Notes: generated by a model from the letters alone, not told the origin. A stretch of DNA of 64,000 bases from an uncultured Acidobacteriaceae bacterium (GCA_963799145.1 CAWCWQ010000206.1:6354-70353); one strand, 5' to 3'. Positions 42,775 to 53,408 are shown, counted from the stretch's first letter. Numbers and translations: made by a program.

Positions 42775-42967
42775 GGTTCAAGTTCAGAATAGCCGGGGAG
42801 TCTATGGTTCGAGCAGGGCGCCTATGATCGGGGCGCCTCAGCGAGGCTTAATGCTTGGCGCAGGCCTCGGCCTCGGGGATTCCAATTTGCGCTGATTGCG
42901 CATTGTCAATCTGGCGCCTTGGGTTGCGTGAAAGAATGACCGCAGAATTGCTTTGGGGAGAGATGCC

Positions 42968-43225
42968 GTGAAGATTGGAAGATATTTATCGATCGGCCTG
43001 TTTGCTGCATTGACGCAGTTCGGCGGCCTCGCCGGGAGTGCCTATGCCGCCCATGTCAAGCAGGTTTCGTTCTCGGCGCGTCACTATCGGCCCAAGAAGC
43101 AGAATCTTGGCCCCTACGGCGGAAAGTACATGGCGCCCAAGAAGCAACATCCCGTCAAGGATCATTACCGCAGCCCCATCACCGGGAATACCCTGTACGG
43201 AAAGCCTGTGAAGCCCAAGCACTAG
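42968..43225 (+). CDS. small secreted cationic protein
   Basis: GGGGAG RBS; signal peptide ending AYA-A; K/H/P/Y-rich mature part. Confidence 0.6.
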   Translation: MKIGRYLSIGLFAALTQFGGLAGSAYAAHVKQVSFSARHYRPKKQNLGPYGGKYMAPKKQHPVKDHYRSPITGNTLYGKPVKPKH

Positions 43226-43417
43226 CGCAGGCCTCCGGTCGCCACTTGCGGCCCTCGAACTTGTCCCAAGTCTCTGTAGGTTGAAGGCGCAAGATCCGTT
43301 GCGGATACTGAGCCTCGTCTTTTGAGTACCCCACTAAAGGAGCAGCGGCCCGCACGCTCTGCGCAAGGCCGCCACTCTCCTTGATGGACTGTTCTCGCTG
43401 AGAGCGGGAAGCTGTCT

Positions 43418-44554
43418 TCAGGCCGCCTGCTTGCCCTCAACCGAACGCACCCGGAAGTGCTTCGTTTGGATGCAAAGCGTCTTTTCGATCTTGCGCAGGT
43501 CGCCCCGCTCCGCCGGTCCGGCAAAGGTCGAAGCCACGCCGTGCGCCGAGGCCCGCCCCGTCCGCCCAACGCGGTGGACGAAATCCTCCGCCATCTTGGG
43601 CATGTCGAAGTTGATCACATGCGCCACATTCGCCACGTCGATGCCGCGGGCAGCCACGTCGGTGGCCACCAGCACGCGGTGATGACCCTCCGAGAAGCTG
43701 CGCAACGCCGCATTCCGCTGCGACTGCGAACGGTCGCCGTGAATCTGCGTCGCCGACCAGCCCGAGCGGCTGAGCCGCCGCGCCACGCGATCCGCCCCAT
43801 GCTTGGTGCGCACAAAGACAAGAAAGCTGCCCGTCTCCGCACCCAGCAGGTGCTCCAGAAGCTCCTGCTTCTTGTCCGGCTCTACTTCGAAAGTGCGCAG
43901 CTCCACGTTCTCAGCGGGCTTCAGCACCGAGCCGATCTCGACCCGGACGGGATTGTTCAGATACTTGCGCGCCACTTCCTTCACCGGCCCTTCAAGCGTG
44001 GCCGAGTAGCACAGCGTCTGCCGCACCGCGGGCAGCGTGGCCGCAATGCGCGCAATCGCCGGCTGGAAGCCCATATCGAGCATCCGGTCCACCTCGTCGA
44101 GCACCAGGATCTTCACCCCGTCGAGCCGCACCAGCCGGCGCTTGATGTAGTCTTCAAGCCGCCCGGGAGTGGCCACAATCAGCCGCGCGCCGCGGCGGAT
44201 GGCATCGAGCTGCGATTTTTCGGCTAGGCCGCCCACTACCAGGGCCACGCTCTGCGAAGAGCTGGATCGAATGGCGAGAAAGGCCCTCTCAACCTGCATG
44301 GCCAGCTCGCGCGTAGGCAGCAGAATCAGCGCCTGCGCGATCTTGCTTTCACTCTTCTGCATCTGCTCAACGATCGGAATCAGGAAGCCGAGCGTCTTGC
44401 CCGTCCCGGTCTGCGCCGTGGCCAGAACGTCGCGGCCTTCGAGAGCCGGCGGAATGCAGCCCTCCTGCACCGGGGTGGGGATTTCAAATTTGTTTGCGTC
44501 GAGCCGCGCCATCAAAGCGGGCGAAAGAGAAAACTGAGAAAACTGTGTTGTCAA
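43418..44554 (-). CDS. rhlE: DEAD-box RNA helicase (RhlE-like)
   Basis: PTPVQ, AQTGTGKT, PTRELA, TPGR, DEVD, SAT, HGD, ARGID, HRVGRTGR; TTG start at 44554 after AGGAAAG. Confidence 0.9.
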   Translation of the reverse strand: MTTQFSQFSLSPALMARLDANKFEIPTPVQEGCIPPALEGRDVLATAQTGTGKTLGFLIPIVEQMQKSESKIAQALILLPTRELAMQVERAFLAIRSSSSQSVALVVGGLAEKSQLDAIRRGARLIVATPGRLEDYIKRRLVRLDGVKILVLDEVDRMLDMGFQPAIARIAATLPAVRQTLCYSATLEGPVKEVARKYLNNPVRVEIGSVLKPAENVELRTFEVEPDKKQELLEHLLGAETGSFLVFVRTKHGADRVARRLSRSGWSATQIHGDRSQSQRNAALRSFSEGHHRVLVATDVAARGIDVANVAHVINFDMPKMAEDFVHRVGRTGRASAHGVASTFAGPAERGDLRKIEKTLCIQTKHFRVRSVEGKQAA

Positions 44555-45113
44555 GATAATGTTGCTTTCCTGTGGATTCCGCGAGCCGCCATTTTCCCTG
44601 GCAGCCTGCAATCGGAACCGGTCGTGAGGCGCGCGCGCGAATCCTGCCGGCGCGCAAGCCTGCTTATCGATATGCGTAAGGGAGAACCAACCACGTCCCT
44701 GGGACTGGCCTTTAAGCATTCAAGGGGGAACGCCCGAGGCCCGGAACTGCCACACGCTACTTGTCTGCCAAGCGGCCAATTGCCGTTCGGCTACCCGCTC
44801 CCGCGCAATCGATCTTCGATCGCACTCCCCGGTTTCGTTCGCGCCAATCCAACTCGCCAGTCCATTCAAGGAGGCCGGGATGCTCGAACCCTTGCAGCGG
44901 ACCGTCTTTACAGTCCATTGCAAACTCCCAGGGTGGGAGACTCATGGGTATACGCTGTAGGGGCTTGGGGAAATCTGTGCCAGGCAAAGCTGCCTTCAGA
45001 AGGCAATCCGCCGCTCACGGCCAAATCACTGAGCGCAACTACAGTGTAGCACGGTTTCGCCTTTCCCTCGCCGCGGACAGTGTCCTTTTGAATGCATTGC
45101 TACCATGACGGAT

Positions 45114-45369
45114 TCATTTGTGGGGCGTGGGGAACAGAAACCTGATGATTGGATGAAGGGCCGCAGCAAGTATGCCGTCAATGATTCCAAAAGCCCATCG
45201 CATTGACGGACCAGCGACAGAAAGAGAAGGCGGCAAATATCAAAGCAATCAGAACGCCGACAAAACACACCAACGTAACAATTAAGGTTAACCAGGCCAT
45301 CCTGTTCCTCTGGATGGTCTCGTAGACCTTAAGCTGCGCCGGAGTAAGAGACGGAGTCTGAAGGTTCAT
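45114..45369 (-). CDS. small 2-TM membrane protein (frameshift near 45220)
   Basis: TM1 AWLTLIVTLVCFVGVLIALIFAAF; a one-base shift gives TM2 WAFGIIDGILAAALHPIIRFLFP with stop at 45114. Confidence 0.55.
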
Positions 45370-45730
45370 AGAGTCGGTAAAAAACGGTCTTCTCAAGTGA
45401 ATCGCTGGGCAAATCCGCCTCTTCGAGGTGACCACTTTCCTCCACCCAGCAGTGGACGGTTTTGGGAAGATGTTCTTCCTTATCAGCGGATGCCGCGACA
45501 CGTCCATCCGGACATGCTATCTCAACACGTCTCTCGAATATTCCCTGTCTCACTGCGGTTTCGAGAATCTGTACCGCCCTGAAATGGGAAATACCTAGAA
45601 GGCTGCGTACGTTTTCAACATAAACCTTTTCAGGGTCAACCTGACTCAAAAGTCGAAGGTCGCGTTCGGATAAACCGGAAGGCGGGACGAACTCGCTAAT
45701 TGTTCTTAAGAATCTGTCGAATAAGCTCAT
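45329..45730 (-). CDS. hypothetical protein, 133 aa, possibly winged-helix
   Basis: ATG 45730; VRSLLGISHFRAVQILETAVRQGIFERRV HTH-like segment; CPDG...C; overlaps both neighbours. Confidence 0.7.
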   Translation of the reverse strand: MSLFDRFLRTISEFVPPSGLSERDLRLLSQVDPEKVYVENVRSLLGISHFRAVQILETAVRQGIFERRVEIACPDGRVAASADKEEHLPKTVHCWVEESGHLEEADLPSDSLEKTVFYRLYEPSDSVSYSGAA

Positions 45731-46538
45731 CGCTTTCACCCCCCTCTTTGCAGTATCTGGTAAATCCGATAAAGCCATTGGTCGGATTTGAACTGAACGC
45801 CGAAATGTTGGTTCTACCTTCTGATCCCTTAAAAGTCGTTGAATAGAGAGGCTTATTTCGTAGCTCCTCATAGAGACTTCGATTGAACTGCTTAATACCT
45901 CTCTCCTCATCCATCGCTTCCCATGCAATCGATCCCGGCTTTTTGTACTTCGTGCTCGTCGCATCGAAGTAATCATCCTCCCAAAGCGCCTTCACTCCTT
46001 TATTGAGATCGGCAATGCTCAACGTTCCGTCTGACCGAATCCCCGCAATTATTTCATCTTCGTCCAAAGATTTTCCCCGGACGACTGTTTGACGCGCAAA
46101 GTACGCAGACGGATTCTTCTCCAAAACGATGAATCGTACAATCAGGTGCTCCGGGGTAATCTCAATTCGTATGGGCCATAAGAATTCAAGCGTCTCTTGC
46201 CCTGTCGGATCGAGAAGAATCACTTCGTATCTCGTGCGCACCAAATAAAGCGCATGATCTCCTACCTCCAGTATCCGCTCCCCACCCAGGATGTTCTGCG
46301 GAAGAGTTGCGTCCCCGAGATGAGAGAAAACATGAACGTGCTGCTTACAGAGATTCAGGTTGTCGTCCAGAAACGCAGCAATACGGTCGATATCCGGTCT
46401 TGCGTTGGAGGATGCAATTGCATGGCAAATGTCTTCCTTTGAACCCTTTGCAGAAAAGAAAGCCTTCAAATTCGCAACAGGAAAAAGATCCAACACCCGT
46501 TTGCGATCTTCGACCGATGCTTGCTGAAGAATCGACAC
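45696..46538 (-). CDS. hypothetical protein, 280 aa, lower GC
   Basis: Long ORF in a lower-GC region with globular composition; first gene of an overlapping three-gene unit. Confidence 0.8.
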   Translation of the reverse strand: MSILQQASVEDRKRVLDLFPVANLKAFFSAKGSKEDICHAIASSNARPDIDRIAAFLDDNLNLCKQHVHVFSHLGDATLPQNILGGERILEVGDHALYLVRTRYEVILLDPTGQETLEFLWPIRIEITPEHLIVRFIVLEKNPSAYFARQTVVRGKSLDEDEIIAGIRSDGTLSIADLNKGVKALWEDDYFDATSTKYKKPGSIAWEAMDEERGIKQFNRSLYEELRNKPLYSTTFKGSEGRTNISAFSSNPTNGFIGFTRYCKEGGESDELIRQILKNN

Positions 46539-46584
46539 GCAGCAATGATACCAGCCGTTCCCATTGTAATCCGCATTTTATTTC

Positions 46585-46700
46585 AGCATCTCACAGATTC
46601 CTCCAATGTCCACAAATGACAGCGATTCCGGCTTCCATCGCCAGCGTGATCCTCAGCTTTTTGTGAACTCTACCGAATTGTAGTACGCAAACCGTAAATT
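46585..46700 (-). mobile_element. degraded C-terminus of an IS1-family DDE transposase
   Basis: Frame-broken FAYYN..GRVHKKLRITLAMEAGI..HLWTLEE matches the recalled YNF.R.H.TL..TPAMEAG..D..W..EE C-terminal motif. Confidence 0.65.
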
Positions 46701-46849
46701 CTGTGCAGCCCGAAGATTCTCCCACTCCTTTGAAAATAAAGTGGTTAGTCGCGTCGTGCGTCGCATCCACATACAGATCCTGGAGATCCGTTGCCAACGA
46801 CGCCCTTCAACAAACCATGAACTTTGCGCATCTCGTCTTCAGCGAGCCG

Positions 46850-48184
46850 CTACCCCGCACGCACCAGCCGCCGCTGCAACGCCTCCAGCGTCTGCCCCTT
46901 GGTCTCGGGGTAGACGAACAGCACTACCAGGAACTGAACCGCCGTCATCGCCGCGAAGAATACGAACGGCGTCTCGGTGTTGAGCGAATGCACAACCACC
47001 GGAAACGCCATCTGGATCACCGTGTTCATGATCCAGTGGCTGGCGTTGCCCACGCCCTGCCCCTTGGAGCGCACCGCGTTCGGGAAGACCTCGCCGATGT
47101 AGACCCAGATCACCGCTCCCTGCGAGAGGGCGAAGAAGGCGATATAGGTGACCAGAACCCAGACCAGCGCGCCGGGATGAGAGTGCGTCCTGAAGAGCCA
47201 AGCCACCCCGCCGAGGCAGCTTGCCGTGCCCGCCGCGCCCACCAGCAGCAGCGTCTTGCGCCCCAGCTTGTCGATCATGCTCATGCCCACAATGGTGAAG
47301 ATCAGGTTCGTCGCGCCGATGGCGATGGCCTGCTGGTCGCCGGAGATCTGGCTGAAACCCGCCGAGGCGAAGATGCTGTTCAGGTAGTAGAGGATCGAGT
47401 TGATCCCCGCCAACTGGTTGAATGCGCCGATGGAGATGGCCAGAAAGAGCGGGTAGCGGTACTTCCAGCGGAAGACCGGCTCGTGCGCCGTGGCGTGTTC
47501 CTGGGCCAGCGCGGCGCGGATGTCGTCCAATTCCGCTTGCGGGTCCGGCTCGCCCATCTGCTTGAGCACCGCCAGAGCGTCGTCGAAGCGGCCTTGCGCG
47601 GCGCACCAGCGCGGGCTGCGCGGAATGCCGAAGAGCAGCGCCAGAAAGCCGAAGGCCGGCAGCGCGGCCACGCCCACCTGCCAGCGCCACTCCGACGCGC
47701 CCAGGTGCAGCGTGCGGATCGCGTAATTGGAGACGTAGGCCGCCAGAATGCCCAGCACCACGTTGAACTGGAATGCGCCCACCAGCCGTCCCCGCCACTT
47801 GGCCGGGGACAGCTCCGCAATGTACACAGGTCCCAGCACGCTCGACGCGCCGATGCCCAGCCCCCCGACGAACCGGAAGACCATGAACGCGGGCCAGTTC
47901 CAGGCCAGCCCGCAGCCAAAGGCCGAGACCACATAGAGGATGGCGGTCATGCGCAGCGCCTCGCGCCCGCCCAGCCTCTGCCCCACCACCCCGGCGCCAA
48001 GCGACCCCACCACCGTGCCCACCAGCCCGATAGCCACCGTTTCGCCCATCTGCCTTGGGCTCAATCCATACAGCCGCACCAGCGCATCGATGGCTCCCGA
48101 GATGACGACGGTATCGAATCCGAAGAGCAGCCCGCCCAGGGCTCCGGTCAGGGTGGCCTTCATTAGATGGAGGTTGGGTCGCAT
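46850..48184 (-). CDS. sugar porter MFS transporter (XylE/GalP-like)
   Basis: GGLLFGFDT, YIAELSPAKWRG, PRSPRW, NQLAGIN, DKLGRK, PETKGQTLE. Confidence 0.95.
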   Translation of the reverse strand: MRPNLHLMKATLTGALGGLLFGFDTVVISGAIDALVRLYGLSPRQMGETVAIGLVGTVVGSLGAGVVGQRLGGREALRMTAILYVVSAFGCGLAWNWPAFMVFRFVGGLGIGASSVLGPVYIAELSPAKWRGRLVGAFQFNVVLGILAAYVSNYAIRTLHLGASEWRWQVGVAALPAFGFLALLFGIPRSPRWCAAQGRFDDALAVLKQMGEPDPQAELDDIRAALAQEHATAHEPVFRWKYRYPLFLAISIGAFNQLAGINSILYYLNSIFASAGFSQISGDQQAIAIGATNLIFTIVGMSMIDKLGRKTLLLVGAAGTASCLGGVAWLFRTHSHPGALVWVLVTYIAFFALSQGAVIWVYIGEVFPNAVRSKGQGVGNASHWIMNTVIQMAFPVVVHSLNTETPFVFFAAMTAVQFLVVLFVYPETKGQTLEALQRRLVRAG

Positions 48185-48296
48185 GGTTACCAGTCCTTCA
48201 AGCTTCAAATCATCCTACAGACTGGCATTGGAACCGGCAAACCGGGAAGACGAGGCCGGCGCGAGAGTTGGAGGCCAAAAACGCAGCCCGGCTCAT

Positions 48297-48917
48297 TCAC
48301 CGCAGCAGCGCAAAGGCCACCACCGTCTCGCCCCTCGCGCCGATTGAATTCTCGCCAATCTCGTCCAGCAGCCGCGCCTCCAACTCATGCGGAACCGGCA
48401 TCTCGCAACGGGCCACCTCGCTCTCGCTGGCCCCCGCAAAGCAAAGCTCGCAGTGGCCGCGCGCCAGCCCGCCGCCCGTTCCGGCATCCATGCGAACAGG
48501 CGGACCGAAGACCCTGCACGTCATCGGCCTCCAGGCGTACACATCGCAGCGGCCTGTAGCCGGATCGAGCGCCGGGCAGGCCGCTTCATTCGCAAAATCC
48601 TCGAATCGCTCCCGGTCCTGCTCTGAATCGCCCAGCATCCCCGTTCCGGCGTCGCCGGGAAAGCTCTCGCCGTATTCGGCAATCCAGCCTTGCGCCCGCC
48701 CCAGAACCTCGGCCGCCAGATCCGGCTCGGTTCTCTTGAGCGCATCCATGCCGGCCCGCAGGCGCAGACGATCGAGCCCGTTAATCGCGAAGGCTCCATA
48801 ACAGCACTGCGTGCAGCCCAGGCGGCAGACCAGCCACTCTCCCGCGCGCCGCGCCGCATCGGCCAGCGCCGCATCCACAATCTGCACCAGCTCGGAGTCG
48901 CCCGATGGCAGTCGCAT
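48297..48917 (-). CDS. YkgJ-family cysteine-cluster protein
   Basis: CRLGCTQCC, ACPALD...CDVYAWRPMTCR. Confidence 0.88.
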   Translation of the reverse strand: MRLPSGDSELVQIVDAALADAARRAGEWLVCRLGCTQCCYGAFAINGLDRLRLRAGMDALKRTEPDLAAEVLGRAQGWIAEYGESFPGDAGTGMLGDSEQDRERFEDFANEAACPALDPATGRCDVYAWRPMTCRVFGPPVRMDAGTGGGLARGHCELCFAGASESEVARCEMPVPHELEARLLDEIGENSIGARGETVVAFALLR

Positions 48918-49012
48918 GAGGGCAAGAATAAACGATCTGGCAGCGACTGTTTCTTATGTTGCCTTTTGCGGCGATCCTGCGATACTCTGCCTTCAACTAT
49001 TAGGAGGTTTCC

Positions 49013-49435
49013 ATGACTGCTTCCCCCAGCACGGTCATCCCCGGACACCGTTACCGCAATGCCCCAGCCGCCATCGACTGGCTCTGCCGGGTCTTTGGCT
49101 TCACCCGCCACGCCGTTTATGAGGGCGAAAACGGAACCATCGCCCACGCCGAACTCGCCCTCGGCGGCGGCATGATCATGCTCGGCTCTGGCAAGGACGA
49201 CGAGATTGCCAAGAGCTTCAAATCCCCCGCGGAGTTGGGCGGCATCGAGACCCGCAGCGTTTACATCGTGGTCGCCGATGTCTATGAAACGTACGCCCGC
49301 GCTGTAACCGCCGGAGCCACCATCATTCGTCCGCTTCACGACACGCCCTACGGCAGCCGCGAGTTCGCGGTGAGGGATCCCGAAGGCCACTCCTGGAGCG
49401 CAGGCACCTACGACCCCTGGGCCGCGCACGAGTAA
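49013..49435 (+). CDS. VOC/glyoxalase-family protein
   Basis: AAIDWLCRVFGF, HAEL, YGSREFAVRDPEGHSW. Confidence 0.9.
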   Translation: MTASPSTVIPGHRYRNAPAAIDWLCRVFGFTRHAVYEGENGTIAHAELALGGGMIMLGSGKDDEIAKSFKSPAELGGIETRSVYIVVADVYETYARAVTAGATIIRPLHDTPYGSREFAVRDPEGHSWSAGTYDPWAAHE

Positions 49436-49551
49436 CGCAGCACGCTTGGCAGAAGTCCAAACCGGCACAGGTGTAGGATAGGTCGTATGACGGCCAAGCG
49501 AGCCGCTTTTCCCCGTTCTTTGCCCGCCGTTCAACAACCAGGAGGTTTCTC

Positions 49552-50091
49552 GTGAAAAAGCCAATGCTCTTCGTCCTGGCCGCGGTGCTTGTGCTCGCGG
49601 TCGCGTTCCTCAACGTCCATGCCGCGGATCAGGCCATGCCAACCGCCGGACAGGCTGCGCCCGGATTCACTCTCCCATCCCAGGATGGCACCCAGATATC
49701 GTTGGATAGCTTCCGCGGCAAGTGGGTAGTGCTCTACTTCTATCCCAAGGACATGACCACCGGCTGCACCATCGAGGCTCACAACTTCCAGCGCGATCAG
49801 GCGCTGTACGACGCCCAGAACGCCGTGATCCTCGGCGTGAGCGTGGACAATGCCGACAGCCACAAGCAGTTCTGCACCAAAGAGGGGCTGACCTTCAGGC
49901 TGCTCGCCGATCCGGAGCACAAGGTGGTCGATGAATACGGTTCGCTGGGCCACTTTGGCCCCATGACCATCGCCAGCCGCAATACCTTCCTCATCGATCC
50001 GCAAGGCAAGATCGCGAAGGTGTGGACCAAGGTGGAGGTGCAGCACCACTCGGAAGAAGTGCTGGCCGCGATTACGGAACTGAAGAAGTAA
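49552..50091 (+). CDS. bcp: peroxiredoxin Bcp/PrxQ with signal peptide
   Basis: VVLYFYPKDMTTGCTIEA; RNTFLIDPQG. Confidence 0.9.
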   Translation: MKKPMLFVLAAVLVLAVAFLNVHAADQAMPTAGQAAPGFTLPSQDGTQISLDSFRGKWVVLYFYPKDMTTGCTIEAHNFQRDQALYDAQNAVILGVSVDNADSHKQFCTKEGLTFRLLADPEHKVVDEYGSLGHFGPMTIASRNTFLIDPQGKIAKVWTKVEVQHHSEEVLAAITELKK

Positions 50092-50186
50092 GCCGCTATC
50101 GTGAAGTGAGTTGCCACAGCTCCGGCTGCGCGGCCGCTGCGCATTCCTGCGAAGCACACCGGCGGCTCGCGCCGAAAGAGGATGGT

Positions 50187-50645
50187 ATGCCTGGAAAGCT
50201 TGCTCAGGAGTTCCGCGCCGAATTGAATGCCTTGCACGCCACGCTCATCGCTCTTCCGCAAGGGCTGGCCGACACACCCTGGCGCACTGGTGGATGGACC
50301 CGAAAGCAGATTGTGGGGCATCTGCTCGACTCCGCGGCCAACAATCGGCAGCGTTTCGTGCGCGCGGCCATCCACGGAAGCTTCACCGGGCCGGACTACG
50401 CACAGGACGCTTGGGTGGCGGCGCACGGATACGCCGGCCAGAGCTGGGAGACACTGCTGCGCTGGTGGAAGGTTGAGCACGAGATTCTTTCCGCCGCCGT
50501 CGATAACATCCCCGAAGAGAGGCTCGATGCGAGCTGTACGGTCGGCGCGAACGCGCCAGTCTCACTGCGTTTTCTTATCGAGGATTACCTCAGGCATCAG
50601 CGCTGGCATTTCACCCAACTCAGCTCCAGCGGCGAGGCCGCCTGA
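50187..50645 (+). CDS. DinB-family protein
   Basis: WTRKQIVGHLLDS, YLRHQRWH metal-binding histidines. Confidence 0.88.
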   Translation: MPGKLAQEFRAELNALHATLIALPQGLADTPWRTGGWTRKQIVGHLLDSAANNRQRFVRAAIHGSFTGPDYAQDAWVAAHGYAGQSWETLLRWWKVEHEILSAAVDNIPEERLDASCTVGANAPVSLRFLIEDYLRHQRWHFTQLSSSGEAA

Positions 50646-50667
50646 ACCCCGACGCCGCGCCCAGACG

Positions 50668-50700
50668 CAAAGGAGCCCGGCGTCGAGCCGGGCTCTTTTG
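50668..50700 (+). terminator. intrinsic terminator
   Basis: GAGCCCGG-loop-CCGGGCTC followed by TTTT. Confidence 0.7.
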
Positions 50701-51111
50701 CTTGGCGCGTCCGGCAGGGCGCACTCACTCTGGCGTGGAAGTCCCCTGCACAGCCGGCAAGGGGAGTGTTAGCCCGCATTTCTCGCAAGCGGGTTGCCGA
50801 TTGCCGCGACGGCAGATAGAAAGAGGGCTTGGATAGGCTGTCTTTTCACGGCATAACTACGTTATCGAGGCGCAGCTATTGCCGTGCGGAGGCGGCCTTC
50901 TTATGACTGAGCTTAATTGGGAATGGTTTGCACTTACAGCCGGTTTTTCGCGCCGCGCGAAAGCTGCGTTTACCGCCGGCCAAGTCTCCAGCGGCCGGAG
51001 ATGCTGGCGCAGCGCATCTAACCCAAGGTCGTAACGATATTGATAGTTCAGGCGGTTTTGCGGTGTTCGGAGGCGACAAGTTCCTGGGGCTCACTTTGGG
51101 CTAAGGACACT

Positions 51112-51626
51112 ACCTCACCGCGCTGACGGCCGAGGAGTTGTGGTCGAAGCACATGCAGCTTACCGAGGCCGAAGCGTCATTCCGCGCGCTGAAGAGCGAG
51201 CTTTCCGTCCGGCCCTCGTAGCACCAACTGGAGCCGCGCGCAAGAGCTCATGCGCCGGTGGCATTTCTCGGTTACGCCTTGCGGGTCACTCTGAAACATC
51301 TGCTCAAGTGCCGGCCTTCTGTTGTGCCAAGGCCATCGGCCGTCGGTGCCGAAGCTGTCCAGCCCATGACGCCGATGAGAGCCATTGCCCTGCTATCCAC
51401 GCAGTAGAGCGCCGGCATCGTTCTGCCCACCGCCGACGGCCGCGGAATCAGGCGGCGGATCACCGAGCCGAAAATGGAGCAGAAATCTCCGCTCCGCCAG
51501 CTCGCCATCAGCATGCCCGAACATCTCCGATTTCAGCGCAAATGTAGCGCAGACTCCGAAGCGGGGTGAACTGATTTTGAACAACTTCGGTCACTTTCGA
51601 TGTCGCTGGCGACGAACTTGGGCTAA
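51112..51626 (+). mobile_element. IS1634-family transposase C-terminal remnant with probable right end
   Basis: [65 protein letters not shown], with stops and shifts; ends CGAACTTGGGCTAA. Confidence 0.75.
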
Positions 51627-51674
51627 ACCCTTCGGAAAAGGCCTGGCGCCGTCAACAGAGCCTTTGGAACTGCC

Positions 51675-52443
51675 TCAGAACCCCATGATGTTGTAGCCGC
51701 AATCGACGTACATGATTTCGCCGGTGATGGCGCTGGAGAGGTCGCTGGCCAGGAAGAGGGCCGCGCCGCCGACTTCGAGCTGGTCGACGTTGCGGTGCAG
51801 GGGGGCGCGGTCGGCGTGGGACTTGCAGCATGTCGCCGAGGTCGCCCACGCCGCGGGCGGCGAGGGTCTTGATGGGGCCGGCGGAGATGGCGTTGACGCG
51901 GATGTTGCTGGCGCCGAGGTTGGAGGCCAGGTAGCGGACGGCGGACTCCAGGCCGGCCTTGGCGACGGCCATCACGTTGTAGTTGGGGACGACCTTCTCG
52001 GCGGCGTAGAAGCTGAGGGTCATGATGCTGCCGCCGTCGGTCATGAGCGGGGCGGCGGCGCGGCTGACGGCGATGAGCGAGTAGACGCTGACGTCGAGGG
52101 CGATGCGGAAGCCTTCGCGGCTGGTGTTGATGAACTCGCCGCGCAGGTCGGCGGCGGGCGCGAAGGCGACGGCGTGGACGAGGATGTCGAGCTTGCCGTA
52201 CTTCTGCTTGAGGGCGGCGAAGAGGGTTTCGATCTCGGCGTCGTTGGAGACGTCGCACTGGAAGCCGCTGGCGCCGGGCAGCTCGTCGATGAGGCTCTGG
52301 GCTTCGAGCTTCATGCGCTCGTTCTGATAGCAGATGGCCAGGGTTGCGCCGGCCTCGTGGAGTTTTTGGGCGATGCCCCAGGCGATGGAACGCTTGTTGG
52401 CCAGCCCGAAGACCACGGCCGTCTTACCCGCCAGATTGATCAT
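51675..52443 (-). CDS. fabI: enoyl-ACP reductase (frameshift near 51825)
   Basis: [40 protein letters not shown]. Confidence 0.93.
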
Positions 52444-52546
52444 GCTTGCTTTCTTCCTCCAGGGTCCGTGTTCGGAATTGACTTGGGATTGCCGAGGGGA
52501 ATGCCGGACCCGCCGATTCCTAGAATATCAGTTACAAAGAAGGATA

Positions 52547-53408
52547 TCAGCCGCCGAGGTCGACGAGTTCGACCTTGCCGGTGGGCTGACCGAGGAAGCG
52601 GGAGCCGAGGCGCTCGAATTTCTCGACGGAATCGGTGGCGAAACAGCGCAACTGCGCGTTGGGCGAGTGGCGCTTCGCGCTCTGCGGCGCTGCCAACCCT
52701 GAAGGAGCGTCTTCTTCGCGCGGGCCGAAGGCGCCGTTGACAAGTTCGACGGCGGCCTCGGCGGCGGCTTCGGCGGAGTCGATGACCGCGCATGCCGGCG
52801 GGGACGGCGCGGTCGATGAGCGGGCGGAGCAGCGGGTAATGGGTGCAGCCGAGGACCAGCGTGTCGGGATTGAGGCCCTGGGCGGCGGCTTCGGCGTTCA
52901 GTTCGTCGAGATAGATGCGGATGACCTCGGCGGTGACGGGATGGTTGGTCCAGCCTTCCTCGACCAGCGGAACCAGCAGCGGGCAGGCCTTCTCGAGGGC
53001 GCGGAGGCCGTGCGCGCGGCAGGCGGCGGCGTAGGCGTGGCTGTGCACGGTGGCGTCGGTGGCGATGACCAGCACGTCGCCGGTGCGCGAGGCGGCGCGG
53101 GCGGCCGCGGCGCCGGGCTCGATGACGCCGAGGACGGGGACGGAGACGGCGTCCTGAATGGCGTCGAGAGCCAGGGCGCTGGCGGTGTTGCAGGCGATCA
53201 CCAGGAACTCGGCGCCTTGTTCGCGGACCAGGAACTGCGCGCTCTGGGCGGCGTAGCGGGCGATGGTGCGGCGGGATTTGGAGCCGTAGGGCAGGCGGGC
53301 CGTGTCGCCGAGAAAGGCGAAGCGGGCCTGGGGCAGCCGGGCTACGAGGGCGCGCAGCACGGTGAGGCCGCCGAAGCCGGAATCGAAGACGCCGATGGTG
53401 GGGGTCAT
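52547..53408 (-). CDS. murI: glutamate racemase (frameshifts near the 3' end)
   Basis: IGVFDSGFGGLTV, PYGSKS, IACNTAS, LGCTHYP. Confidence 0.93.

Noticed and set aside
45075-45092. Possible right terminal repeat of the IS1-like element (GGACAGTGTCCTTTTGAA)
   Set aside because: No matching left end or target duplication is visible, so it cannot be supported.
50914-50936. Fur-box-like AATTGGGAATGGTTTGCACTT
   Set aside because: Weak match and no identifiable downstream target gene.
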